From contig JAPUIX010000153.1 of NCBI GenBank assembly GCA_027296625.1, forward strand, positions 8,034-72,033: a stretch of 64,000 nt of DNA. Reading direction: 5' to 3'. This stretch comes from Gammaproteobacteria bacterium. Lineage in GTDB: Bacteria; Pseudomonadota; Gammaproteobacteria; JAKEHO01. Of this stretch, positions 50,944 through 59,708 are shown piece by piece. The notes beneath the pieces were generated by a model. It saw nothing but the letters and a program-made list of their open reading frames with translations, had not been told where the DNA came from and ran no database searches. How positions within the stretch are numbered: position 1 is the first letter of the stretch; the number at the start of each line of letters is the position of its first letter. The position numbers and the translations under genes are program-made.

Positions 50944-51414
50944 ATGCCAAAAATAACCCGTCTCTGCTTCGGCATCCTGGTCATACTAACTGGACTCGTC
51001 ATATTCGGATGCTCAAAACCTTGGACACGACCGAAGCTTACGATGGATGAGGAGCTACAATTGGGGCAGGAAGGGCTCGCCGTCATTGACGGGAGCCACT
51101 CCTTCCCTTACGGAAGTGATACACGTATCCAGAAGATTGACGGCCAGTCATTTGGTAGCAGCAATCTATCTGACTTCTATCAGCTCCCCTATCAAGTACA
51201 GGTTCCACCTGGCAAACACTTGGTTACCGCGCATCTGTTCGACTGGATGAACTACTGCCAGGCTACTTTAGAATTTAATGCGGAACCCGGCCATAATTAC
51301 CGGGTTGGTCGATCCATGCTTGCATCTATGCGAACATTACGGATCGAAGATAGGCGCTTCGACAAGGTGCTTGCCGAGGAACCCTGTACCGAGGTCTACT
51401 GGGATTCCTGGTAA
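50944..51414 (+). CDS. lipoprotein, function unknown
   Basis: 156 aa. Lipobox LVIFGCS. Confidence 0.55.
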   Translation: MPKITRLCFGILVILTGLVIFGCSKPWTRPKLTMDEELQLGQEGLAVIDGSHSFPYGSDTRIQKIDGQSFGSSNLSDFYQLPYQVQVPPGKHLVTAHLFDWMNYCQATLEFNAEPGHNYRVGRSMLASMRTLRIEDRRFDKVLAEEPCTEVYWDSW

Positions 51415-51501
51415 CGCAGACACAAAGATTCGACAAGAATAGACATCTAACGACACAGTCGGTGCGACTGAGACCTTGATCAAAAAGAAGGGAGAATTTC
51501 G

Positions 51502-51675
51502 ATGAACGGCAGCAGCATCTACGTATACAGAGCCGAAGGAGCCCGTTTTGGTATCGGTATGGGGACGGCACTTGCGATCGCGATTTCGTGGTCTGTCAAC
51601 AAATCCGTTCTCTGGGCAATATTCCACGGGATCCTTTCCTGGCTGTACGTGATCTACTACGCCATTGTGAGATAG
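51502..51675 (+). CDS. small membrane protein (57 aa)
   Basis: Not in the supplied track because it is under 60 aa. GAAGGGAG Shine-Dalgarno 7 nt upstream of ATG. Product MNGSSIYVYRAEGARFGIGMGTALAIAISWSVNKSVLWAIFHGILSWLYVIYYAIVR has 2 TM helices. Confidence 0.35.
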   Translation: MNGSSIYVYRAEGARFGIGMGTALAIAISWSVNKSVLWAIFHGILSWLYVIYYAIVR

Positions 51676-51773
51676 ATCTCAAAACGCAAGGCATATTCTG
51701 TGCGCGTCTTTAGACATATACCTCTGCAACGAACTCCCCTACTCACATGAACCTCCTTTCCGTCAGTGTCTCA

Positions 51774-52448
51774 ATGGGAAAGGAGGTCCCATACCAAGGA
51801 AAAACGGTTGCGACAGGGATTTTCAAACAATCAGTCGACGGCCGGGTCATGCTTCGTACCTTAAATCTAAACGGAGATAAGCAAATAGACCGCAAAGGCC
51901 ACGGCGGAATTTACAAAGCCGTCTGTGTCTACACAATTGAAAACTACGAGCACTGGAAGCGAGAACTAGGTCGCGACGACTTCAAGATCCCCCAATTCGG
52001 GGAGAATTTCACCGTCGAAGGGATGCTGGAAGAGGACATCCATGTTGGCGACGTCTTTCGCATCGGAGGTGCGGTCGTCGAAGTAACGCAACCGCGCGTC
52101 CCTTGTTTCAGGCTCGGGATTAAGATGAACAATCCTAAATTCCCCAGGCTGTTTCTCCGAAGCTGTCGAGTTGGTTTCTATTTCCGCGTACTGGAGGAAG
52201 GAGAAGTCGGTCCCGGTGATACGATTGAATATGTCAGAAAGGACCCTGAAGAGATGACCGTCCACGAGATATGTCACTTATATTACTATGATCCAAATAA
52301 TCTGAAAGCCTGCGAACGCGCAGTCCGGATCGCAGCACTCTCGCCCGGATGGCGCGAGGGATTCATGGATCGATTGGAAAAAGCTGGGATCCCGGTCGAA
52401 CGCAGAGACGAGCCAGAAGATGCATTGTGCTGTGGTCCAGAGAACTAA
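51774..52448 (+). CDS. MOSC domain protein (YiiM-like)
   Basis: MOSC beta-barrel (GENFTVEGMLEEDIHVGDVFRIGGAVVEVTQPRVPC) plus C-terminal 3-alpha domain. Start placed at MGKEVPYQGK. Confidence 0.75.
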   Translation: MGKEVPYQGKTVATGIFKQSVDGRVMLRTLNLNGDKQIDRKGHGGIYKAVCVYTIENYEHWKRELGRDDFKIPQFGENFTVEGMLEEDIHVGDVFRIGGAVVEVTQPRVPCFRLGIKMNNPKFPRLFLRSCRVGFYFRVLEEGEVGPGDTIEYVRKDPEEMTVHEICHLYYYDPNNLKACERAVRIAALSPGWREGFMDRLEKAGIPVERRDEPEDALCCGPEN

Positions 52449-52540
52449 TACCATCCAATCCCTCCAGCCCTGATAAAAGATCAGATCTAAATCTTACAAG
52501 ATCGCGTGCGTGATTCCTTTACTTTCCTACTAGATCCTGT

Positions 52541-52825
52541 CTACGCCGTCTTTTTGTAGCCGTAGTACCAACGATTTGTTGTCTTGCCGATATTTATCAC
52601 TGTATGCCTCGCGCCTGCCGGGATTAGCATCTCTTCGCCTATCTCGGGACGCAACGTCTTACCAAGAAATGACAACTCCATTTCGCCCTCAATTAGCATC
52701 ACTAATTCATCTGTTTTGTGGATAAAATCTGGCCATACCTGCCCAGGTGGGTCGATCCAGATATCACAAGTAAATCCTCGTTTTCCCCAATCTGCTCTAA
52801 TTTCCTTGTAGTTCAACCCAATCAA
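52541..52825 (-). CDS. cupin domain protein
   Basis: 94 aa small single-domain cupin. Confidence 0.5.
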   Translation of the reverse strand: MIGLNYKEIRADWGKRGFTCDIWIDPPGQVWPDFIHKTDELVMLIEGEMELSFLGKTLRPEIGEEMLIPAGARHTVINIGKTTNRWYYGYKKTA

Positions 52826-52855
52826 AATCCGAATAGGTAGCCATTTCGCGTGGAA

Positions 52856-53632
52856 TTACTTATTAACTGATTCGATCTGCTGCAGAATTAATTCCCGATC
52901 GCCACTTAGATCCAGATCCGCAAATCCTTCGACTTCTGGAAGAACCATCAGAAAAGCTGCGGTTTGGTCAATCGCAATGGTGCCCTCTCCCGTCACGACG
53001 GCGAGGACATGACCACCGCGCGTGCGATCGCAACTGATAAAATGAAAATGATATCCAAGTATATTTAGCCCTTTCATATAAGTCGGTACATAAAAGCCAA
53101 TCAGCGTGCCCTCGACATCCTCATACGAAAATGTAATCTCTTCTTTCATGATATCTGCTAGTGGTCGATAAGGTTTGCTCTGTTTAGATTCGGTTCGCAT
53201 TGTGATGGACTTGAAGAGCCCATCAATGCGAAATGCCTGGAATAAGTTGGCATTCTCGATAAGTTCAGCGAGGTGATCCTGAAGCGCCTGGTAGTCCAGT
53301 GCAGGGGGCAATGGCGCCGTGTGATCAGCTGCAAAAAACTTAACTACGGCAAAGGGTGTTTGACGCCTACGGGCAAGTTGATAGACACGCCCATCTGCGC
53401 GTGCATGATAGAAGACGCCATCGAGTGCTATCATTTCACCGTCGAGGCCATTCACCGTACCGAGTCCAGTATCCCCATAAAATAAAAGTGCTTCGAACGT
53501 CATGTCGCCATCGTAAAGCTGGTTCAGTAGCGCGTTGATCGTCGAATACTGGAACAGCGTATCTGGCCGTTCATCAGCCGCTAGCGTATGGCCAGCCATC
53601 AGCATGGTGATGGCGATGAATGCCCTTATCAT
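52856..53632 (-). CDS. alpha-acetolactate decarboxylase with N-terminal signal peptide
   Basis: ALDC signature (YQYSTINALLNQLYDGDMTFEALLFYGDTGLGTVNGLDGEMIALDGVFY). Likely start at 53632 (MIRAFIAITMLMAGHTLAAD) giving a Sec signal. Confidence 0.7.
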   Translation of the reverse strand: MIRAFIAITMLMAGHTLAADERPDTLFQYSTINALLNQLYDGDMTFEALLFYGDTGLGTVNGLDGEMIALDGVFYHARADGRVYQLARRRQTPFAVVKFFAADHTAPLPPALDYQALQDHLAELIENANLFQAFRIDGLFKSITMRTESKQSKPYRPLADIMKEEITFSYEDVEGTLIGFYVPTYMKGLNILGYHFHFISCDRTRGGHVLAVVTGEGTIAIDQTAAFLMVLPEVEGFADLDLSGDRELILQQIESVNK

Positions 53633-53877
53633 CAATGAACAGTCCTCCAATGGTTTTGAAACATGTTGCCAGAGTGCTCCCAGCGCCTCAACCTGCTTGC
53701 AATAATGCAAGAATGAACAAAAAGCCGACCAGACGGCTCGAACCCAATCCAATGGTGTAGTGCCCCGCGACATTCGGTACTATGTACTCAAGCAGAGCAA
53801 TCATATATCACCAAGTGATGTCAAACGACCTGATAATTAACAATGACCGATACCGTCAATCCATATGGTTTGAGTCG

Positions 53878-55170
53878 ATGCCCGCATTGATGATGAGCAT
53901 CATCCTGCTATCCGGATTAGTGATCTCGGATTACGCTTCGGCGCGCGATGCGGAAGAGGTCTTCCGCAGTGCCACTACCTACACAGTCAAGATCCGCGGT
54001 CGCATCACCACTGCATTTATTCGAGATAACAAGGGTTCCCAAAAGGGGGCTGGATTTCTCGTTGATGCAGACCGAGGGTGGCTCATGACCAACGCTCATG
54101 TCGTGGGACGATCACCGGCCGTGATCGGTGTCGCATTTAAGAATCTACCCTTTGTTAATGCGCGAAAGATCTATGTTGATCCCTATCTTGATCTTGCGGT
54201 ATTGGAAATCGACATGTCGGAAATTCAGGGTGAATTCGTGGCGGCGCCATTGAACTGTGACGAGCTGCCATCGGTTGGGCACCCGGTTGGCGCGTTCGGC
54301 CATCCCTATGGACTTGACTTCACCGGAACCCGTGGGATCGTATCAGGCACGTCGGACGACAACCAAGGTCGAATCCTTCAGACCGATGCGGCAATCAACC
54401 CGGGCAATTCGGGTGGACCGCTCATCAGTATGGAGTCCGGCATGGTCGTTGGCATCAATGCCGCCCGACGGGCTGAAAAGGGAGATCAAAACACAAATTT
54501 CGCGATCCCCATGGTCTTCGCGTGTCGTGTGTTGAAGATGCTCCAGAGGGATCAGGACCCATCACCACCGAATTTACCTGTGATCTTCCTTGAACCTCCG
54601 CTGGATCGCGAGGCGCTCATCGTCGGCAGAAGTTATTTGCCGGACAACACGCTTGCGCTGCAGCCTGGCGATGAGATCGTGGGCGTTGAAAGGGATTCCG
54701 GCGCGATCATTCACGAGGGGGACCTCATCCATGCCCTTCGCGGACATCTGGGAAATGTGCGTCTTAGGATAAAAAGGGACGGAAGCGAGCGCGTTATCCA
54801 AGGGCGGCTCGCGCCCTCCCCGCTCCTCACCGAACGCGTTGGGATCCTGGTATCCGGAATACTTATCGGTCCCAATACGTTACGAGACGCCACGGCCTTG
54901 GGTACCAATAATGGTCTTTTGATTCATGAGGTTGAACGGGGAACAGCCGGAGAGGTTCTGGAGTTTCAGCCTTACGACGTCGTAACGACCGTCGACGGCA
55001 AACGCTATAGTGATGTAGAGACGCTCTTCTCCTACCTGCAAAATGCCGAGGCGGCCGGGCGGCCGGTCACCGTTGAAGTATTGCGTCTCTCAGATACAGC
55101 AATGCACTTTTTTGACTATATGCGGCGCGACGTCCCAATTGATAGTCTGGAACTCATCTCGGGGCAATAA
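53878..55170 (+). CDS. trypsin-like serine protease with PDZ domains (HtrA/DegP family)
   Basis: Signal peptide from MPALMMSIILL. Catalytic His (TNAHVV), Asp and GNSGGPL serine motif. Two PDZ-like C-terminal regions. Confidence 0.7.
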   Translation: MPALMMSIILLSGLVISDYASARDAEEVFRSATTYTVKIRGRITTAFIRDNKGSQKGAGFLVDADRGWLMTNAHVVGRSPAVIGVAFKNLPFVNARKIYVDPYLDLAVLEIDMSEIQGEFVAAPLNCDELPSVGHPVGAFGHPYGLDFTGTRGIVSGTSDDNQGRILQTDAAINPGNSGGPLISMESGMVVGINAARRAEKGDQNTNFAIPMVFACRVLKMLQRDQDPSPPNLPVIFLEPPLDREALIVGRSYLPDNTLALQPGDEIVGVERDSGAIIHEGDLIHALRGHLGNVRLRIKRDGSERVIQGRLAPSPLLTERVGILVSGILIGPNTLRDATALGTNNGLLIHEVERGTAGEVLEFQPYDVVTTVDGKRYSDVETLFSYLQNAEAAGRPVTVEVLRLSDTAMHFFDYMRRDVPIDSLELISGQ

Positions 55171-55453
55171 AAACAATCTTGACGCACCAGCCGCAATCCT
55201 ACTCGTATTAATAGTTCATTATCATTCACGTTGCCTCGTCAGTATAAAGGGCGATCAAGACAAGGCGCACGCTATAAATTCCCCATGATAACGATTGCTT
55301 CGCCACCTGCAACCGGAACTAACCTCCCCGCATTCCGGTCGGATCAACACCAGCCTCATAGCGCATGGCACCTAGCTCCACAAGGATCTCGCGAAGCACA
55401 TCCGCATCAGCCTGCATGCGTCCTGCTTTATTCCTAAGCCATTCTTCGTGAGC

Positions 55454-55759
55454 CTATATCTTATGCTCTACCTCATTCTTTCGTTCTAAAAGGCGATCAT
55501 GCCAGTCGCGGGTTTGTGTCTCGCCAATCTGTAGGGCCTTCTCCGCAATTTCACAACGTTCACATTTCTTCTGCAGATCTTCAAACGTGGTATCAAGCGC
55601 TTTTGGCTTTAATTTCTGTGCTTTGATTTCAATACTTGCCTTGAGTACCGCGTCGAAGAACTGTTGGCGCATGAGGTCTACGAAATCTTCGATCTCATTG
55701 ACTTCCCCTGGGTTAATAGTAAGCATCTGGTTTATCTCCTGAATAATGTGTCTATCCAA
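55454..55759 (-). CDS. hypothetical protein
   Basis: 101-aa charged helical ORF. Confidence 0.3.
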   Translation of the reverse strand: MDRHIIQEINQMLTINPGEVNEIEDFVDLMRQQFFDAVLKASIEIKAQKLKPKALDTTFEDLQKKCERCEIAEKALQIGETQTRDWHDRLLERKNEVEHKI

Positions 55760-55861
55760 TAGTCAACATATGTCATCCGGTTAGCCGGATTTGAGCGTGC
55801 GATTGTACAAATATGATGATCCCCTCCACTCCCTGTGGATAGACCGAACCCATGCCTCCGC

Positions 55862-56455
55862 TCATTGATACTGCTCGAAGATCTCCTTAAATATGATCTG
55901 ACGATCCACGGTTGGAATTATGGCCATGCTCTCCCGCCCAAGATGGGCGACTAGCCCCGGACAGAGTAAAGCGGCATCAGGGTCCAATTTGCTTGGAAAT
56001 CCATCTCTTAAGGCTTGCCAGAAACCTGCCATGTCCGTCTCGGCTCTAATTTGCGCAGTAGCATAGGTGCTATTTGGGTCACGCGCTTGCGACTTGAAGG
56101 AATTAATGATTACCTGCGCCTCTCCAAGGAAGTAGGTATCCAAAAACTTATTCAAATACCGTGACTGATCACCTGTTCTAACTCGCAAACTGGCCAGGTC
56201 AGCAGCAGCCGTTACACAGGCACTTGCAATGCCTGCCATGTAGCCAATTAAATACTCATCGTTTTGCCTTTCCTCGGCTAACGCGCCCGTGTCAGCGTTC
56301 CTGGCCGAGACAAGGATGATGTTCAACATTGATAGCGCATTGCGCGTCATTTGCTTCTGTAATTGTCGCGCTTTCTTATTTTCTCGTATCCATCTAAAAA
56401 CCCATACAAACGAAAGGATAATGAGGAAGACGAGGCCTAGCCAAATCAAATTCAT
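55862..56455 (-). CDS. membrane-anchored hypothetical protein
   Basis: 197 aa with N-terminal TM helix. No motifs recognised. Confidence 0.4.
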   Translation of the reverse strand: MNLIWLGLVFLIILSFVWVFRWIRENKKARQLQKQMTRNALSMLNIILVSARNADTGALAEERQNDEYLIGYMAGIASACVTAAADLASLRVRTGDQSRYLNKFLDTYFLGEAQVIINSFKSQARDPNSTYATAQIRAETDMAGFWQALRDGFPSKLDPDAALLCPGLVAHLGRESMAIIPTVDRQIIFKEIFEQYQ

Positions 56456-56585
56456 TAACCGAAAACCAACCTCACTCTTATCTATGGCACCCCTAACGCA
56501 TCAGCCCACCTGACAACAATCCACTTATCTGGCTGAACCTCCCGACAATAGGTCCAATTATAATAGCTTAGATCCCAACAACGAC

Positions 56586-57554
56586 GTGCACTCGCGTCGT
56601 AGAGATCCTAGAATAACTATCATGGACGCCACGCGGACGACTGTTGCCCTTTGCACGCTGCTCCTTGCTGTCGCAAGCACCATGACGCCTGTCTGCGAGG
56701 CAAGCGAGGCTGAACCTCATGGAGTGGCCACATCGACACGTTCGGCTGCGCCGCACCAGCTCGACCCCACGCAAGCGATCCTACTTAGACGCTGGTATAG
56801 CACCGTCGGACCTCGGCGCAATGATGAGGCCTTCGGCGAACTCACCACCCGGGCCGCGAAGGTTCATCTCGGATCAGCGTATCGCAATGCACCACAGACG
56901 GCCGCACCGGAAACATTACGCGTCAACCTCGAAACATTTCAATGCGTCTCACTCATTGAGAGCACCCTGGCGCTGGCCCGGTGCACCTGGACCGACAAGC
57001 GTAATGAGGTATGCTTTTTACGCGAGCTCGAAGCATTTCGTTATCGGAATGGGACGATGAATACCTATTCCTCAAGGCTGCATTACTTCACCGACTGGAT
57101 TGACGATAACATGAAACGCCAGCGTCTCGTGCCGCTCGCTGCCGAGCTTGGTGGCGAACCCGCCCAACAGCCTTTCTTTTTCATGACCACACATGCCACG
57201 CACTATCCGGCGCTGGCAGATCCGACAGTGTTTCAGGCAATTGCTCATACAGAATCCCGGCTAAGCGGGCGCCAGCACCGGGTTATTAATGGTGAAGAAC
57301 TTATCGCGCTTAAGGATGCCCTTCAGGATGGCGATATCGTTGCCGTCGTCGGCATAAAGCCTGGTCTTATGGTTACCCACGTCGGCTTTATCGATCGCGG
57401 ACCTGATGATGTGGCCCGCATCCTCCATGCCTCAAGCTTCCACCAGCAGGTCATCCTCACCGCGGAGGACGTCGCTGAACATGTCAGCCGCCATCCCGCG
57501 CGCCGCGGCGTCATCATTGCCCGCCCAGCATCGCCAAAAGAACGATTGCGTTAG
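56586..57554 (+). CDS. exported DUF1460-like protein (amidase-like fold)
   Basis: 322 aa. Signal peptide. LETFQCVSLIESTLALARC block resembles DUF1460 family. Confidence 0.45.
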   Translation: MHSRRRDPRITIMDATRTTVALCTLLLAVASTMTPVCEASEAEPHGVATSTRSAAPHQLDPTQAILLRRWYSTVGPRRNDEAFGELTTRAAKVHLGSAYRNAPQTAAPETLRVNLETFQCVSLIESTLALARCTWTDKRNEVCFLRELEAFRYRNGTMNTYSSRLHYFTDWIDDNMKRQRLVPLAAELGGEPAQQPFFFMTTHATHYPALADPTVFQAIAHTESRLSGRQHRVINGEELIALKDALQDGDIVAVVGIKPGLMVTHVGFIDRGPDDVARILHASSFHQQVILTAEDVAEHVSRHPARRGVIIARPASPKERLR

Positions 57555-57823
57555 TCGGATCGTTGTGACTTTATCGCACCGGAGACTGGATCGACTTTCA
57601 GTTCCAGTTTCTTTCCGTCTCTAAAACGTTCGACTTCCCAAACGCCGTCTTCGAATTCAACTTCAACAATGGTGTCATAACCCTGATCTTCAAGCGTCCT
57701 GCCGATCTCAGATAGCGGCTTTGCATTGGCAGGGGGTCGATCATGACTAGCTGACCCCACGAGTGGGAAAAGTGTTAGAGCGATGGTGAGTGCTGCAAGA
57801 ACAATAGGCGTGCTAAGTCTCAT
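57551..57823 (-). CDS. PepSY domain exported protein
   Basis: 90 aa. Signal peptide. PepSY-like core (GYDTIVEVEFEDGVWEVERFRDGKKLELKVDPVSGAI). Confidence 0.6.
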   Translation of the reverse strand: MRLSTPIVLAALTIALTLFPLVGSASHDRPPANAKPLSEIGRTLEDQGYDTIVEVEFEDGVWEVERFRDGKKLELKVDPVSGAIKSQRSD

Positions 57824-57998
57824 TACTATCTCTCTACTTTATTTGGGTTTGGTTATTTTTCCCCTGAAGTTGATTAGGTACTTCGAGTTTCATTATAACA
57901 TGACCGTTCCCTCCCAATGATCTGATTGGTTGTATTAGCGGCCCTTGTGATAACATGTCCTAAAAAATGGTCTGCGCCATTCACACATCCATTGTCGA

Positions 57999-59708
57999 AT
58001 GCCACGAAGGCTGAGGTTTGTGGGAATGCAGAGTCGCCTTTTAACGATCGCTGTCTTTACGATAAGTGTCATATGCGCTGGGTGCAGCGAGGACCCGGGT
58101 AACCAGGCCCCTGCCGTCAAACCTCGGCCGGTTACAGTCCTGAGGCTTCTCGAGCGTGACTTTTCCCGCGAGTCACATCTAACGGGTTCGGTCAGCCTCT
58201 ACCGCGAGGAGAAGGTCGGGTTCGAAGTCGGCGGGCGATTGTTGGCAGTCCTCGACCTCGGCAAAGAAGTCCTGGGCCCAGCCTACGATGATTACGGACA
58301 GCTGGTCCGGTCCGGCGATCTCATCGCGAAGATCGATGACACCCGCTACCGTCTCCAGGTCCAGGCCCTGCAAGCACGTCTCCATGCACTGATCAAGCAA
58401 CGCGACGCCCAGCGTATCGACGTGGAACAGGTCGCACCATCCAACCTCGAGGCAGCTGAAGCGCGGCTCAAGGACGCAGAGGCTGGGCTAACGCTGGCAC
58501 AACAAACCCTCGATCGTCAGCAACGTATCCTGGCAGGCGGCGCAGGCATGCAACAGGCCGTGGACGACGCCCAAAGCAATTACGACAGTATGGTGGCCCG
58601 TATCGCCCAGAGCCAAAGCGCCGTAGCCGCCGCCCAAGCCGCCATCGCACTGAAACGTGCTGAGATGGAGTCTACCGAAGCCAAGATCGACGAGATCGGA
58701 GAAGACCTGCGGCGAGCCCAAGAAGATCTCGAAGACTGTGACCTGGTGGCGCCGTTCTCGGGTCGCATCACGCTCATTCACGTCACGCAAGGAGCCGTCA
58801 TTGAGGCGGGCATGCCTGTCGTGACCTTGAGTTTAATGGATCCCATCCAGGTACAGGTCGCAGTGTCGGCCGATGCGGATCGGCGCATCCAGACCGGTGA
58901 TCGAGCGATCATCTATCCGAAAGACCCCGTCGATCCAGACGGCGAGCCCGCACAGTTGAATGCCATCGTCTACGAAAAGGGCGCCGTCGCCGATCCGGAT
59001 ACGCGGACGTTTCGCATCGATCTCATGACGCGTAATGAGCGTCGTCGAGTCGAGCAATTCGCTCCAGAGACGAAAGGGCTCCCCGTCGTCACAGATTTCC
59101 TTCCAGTCGTAAGGCGTTACCGTGGCGAGGAAGGTGAACTGTTTATTAATACCGCCAGCGTCTACCTCGAAGGTGGGAAAACCTACGTGCTTCGCTTACC
59201 CGGGGTGAGTTTCCACGCGGGTGCGCAGCGTAGCGCCGTTGGCAAACATCTACCCGACAAGGTGGAGGTGGTTCTCGGTGACGACTACTTCTCAGTGATC
59301 AAGTGGAACTTTCGGAGTCTGAAAGACAGCGGTGATCTGCGCGAAGGAGATTTCCTCGTAATCGAGCCCAAGACGAAGCACCTGGATGGCCTTGCCATCG
59401 GACGACCCCAGTGGCTCTTGCGCCCAGGCGATCTGGTACCCGTCAAGTTTCTACTGCATGCCACCCCCAAAGGCCTGTATGTCCCAGTAGATGCCATTAC
59501 TACGCTCGACGGTAAGCACGTTGTTTTTGTCGTCGAAGAGAACATAGCGCGGCCAAAGGACGTTTCGGTCCACGAGACCTATCATGAGCTCCGCCGCATC
59601 GAGGGCGACGGGATCGTATCAGGTGTCCCGATCATCGTGAGCGGCGTGCACTACGTGTCTGACGGCCAACCGGTAACCATTGTTGGCGAAGAAACTTTGC
59701 CCAGATGA
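57999..59708 (+). CDS. RND efflux periplasmic adaptor (membrane fusion) lipoprotein
   Basis: 569 aa. Lipobox ICAGCS. Long coiled-coil hairpin. Biotinyl/lipoyl and beta-barrel MFP domains. 4-bp overlap with the downstream RND permease. Confidence 0.8.
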   Translation: MPRRLRFVGMQSRLLTIAVFTISVICAGCSEDPGNQAPAVKPRPVTVLRLLERDFSRESHLTGSVSLYREEKVGFEVGGRLLAVLDLGKEVLGPAYDDYGQLVRSGDLIAKIDDTRYRLQVQALQARLHALIKQRDAQRIDVEQVAPSNLEAAEARLKDAEAGLTLAQQTLDRQQRILAGGAGMQQAVDDAQSNYDSMVARIAQSQSAVAAAQAAIALKRAEMESTEAKIDEIGEDLRRAQEDLEDCDLVAPFSGRITLIHVTQGAVIEAGMPVVTLSLMDPIQVQVAVSADADRRIQTGDRAIIYPKDPVDPDGEPAQLNAIVYEKGAVADPDTRTFRIDLMTRNERRRVEQFAPETKGLPVVTDFLPVVRRYRGEEGELFINTASVYLEGGKTYVLRLPGVSFHAGAQRSAVGKHLPDKVEVVLGDDYFSVIKWNFRSLKDSGDLREGDFLVIEPKTKHLDGLAIGRPQWLLRPGDLVPVKFLLHATPKGLYVPVDAITTLDGKHVVFVVEENIARPKDVSVHETYHELRRIEGDGIVSGVPIIVSGVHYVSDGQPVTIVGEETLPR

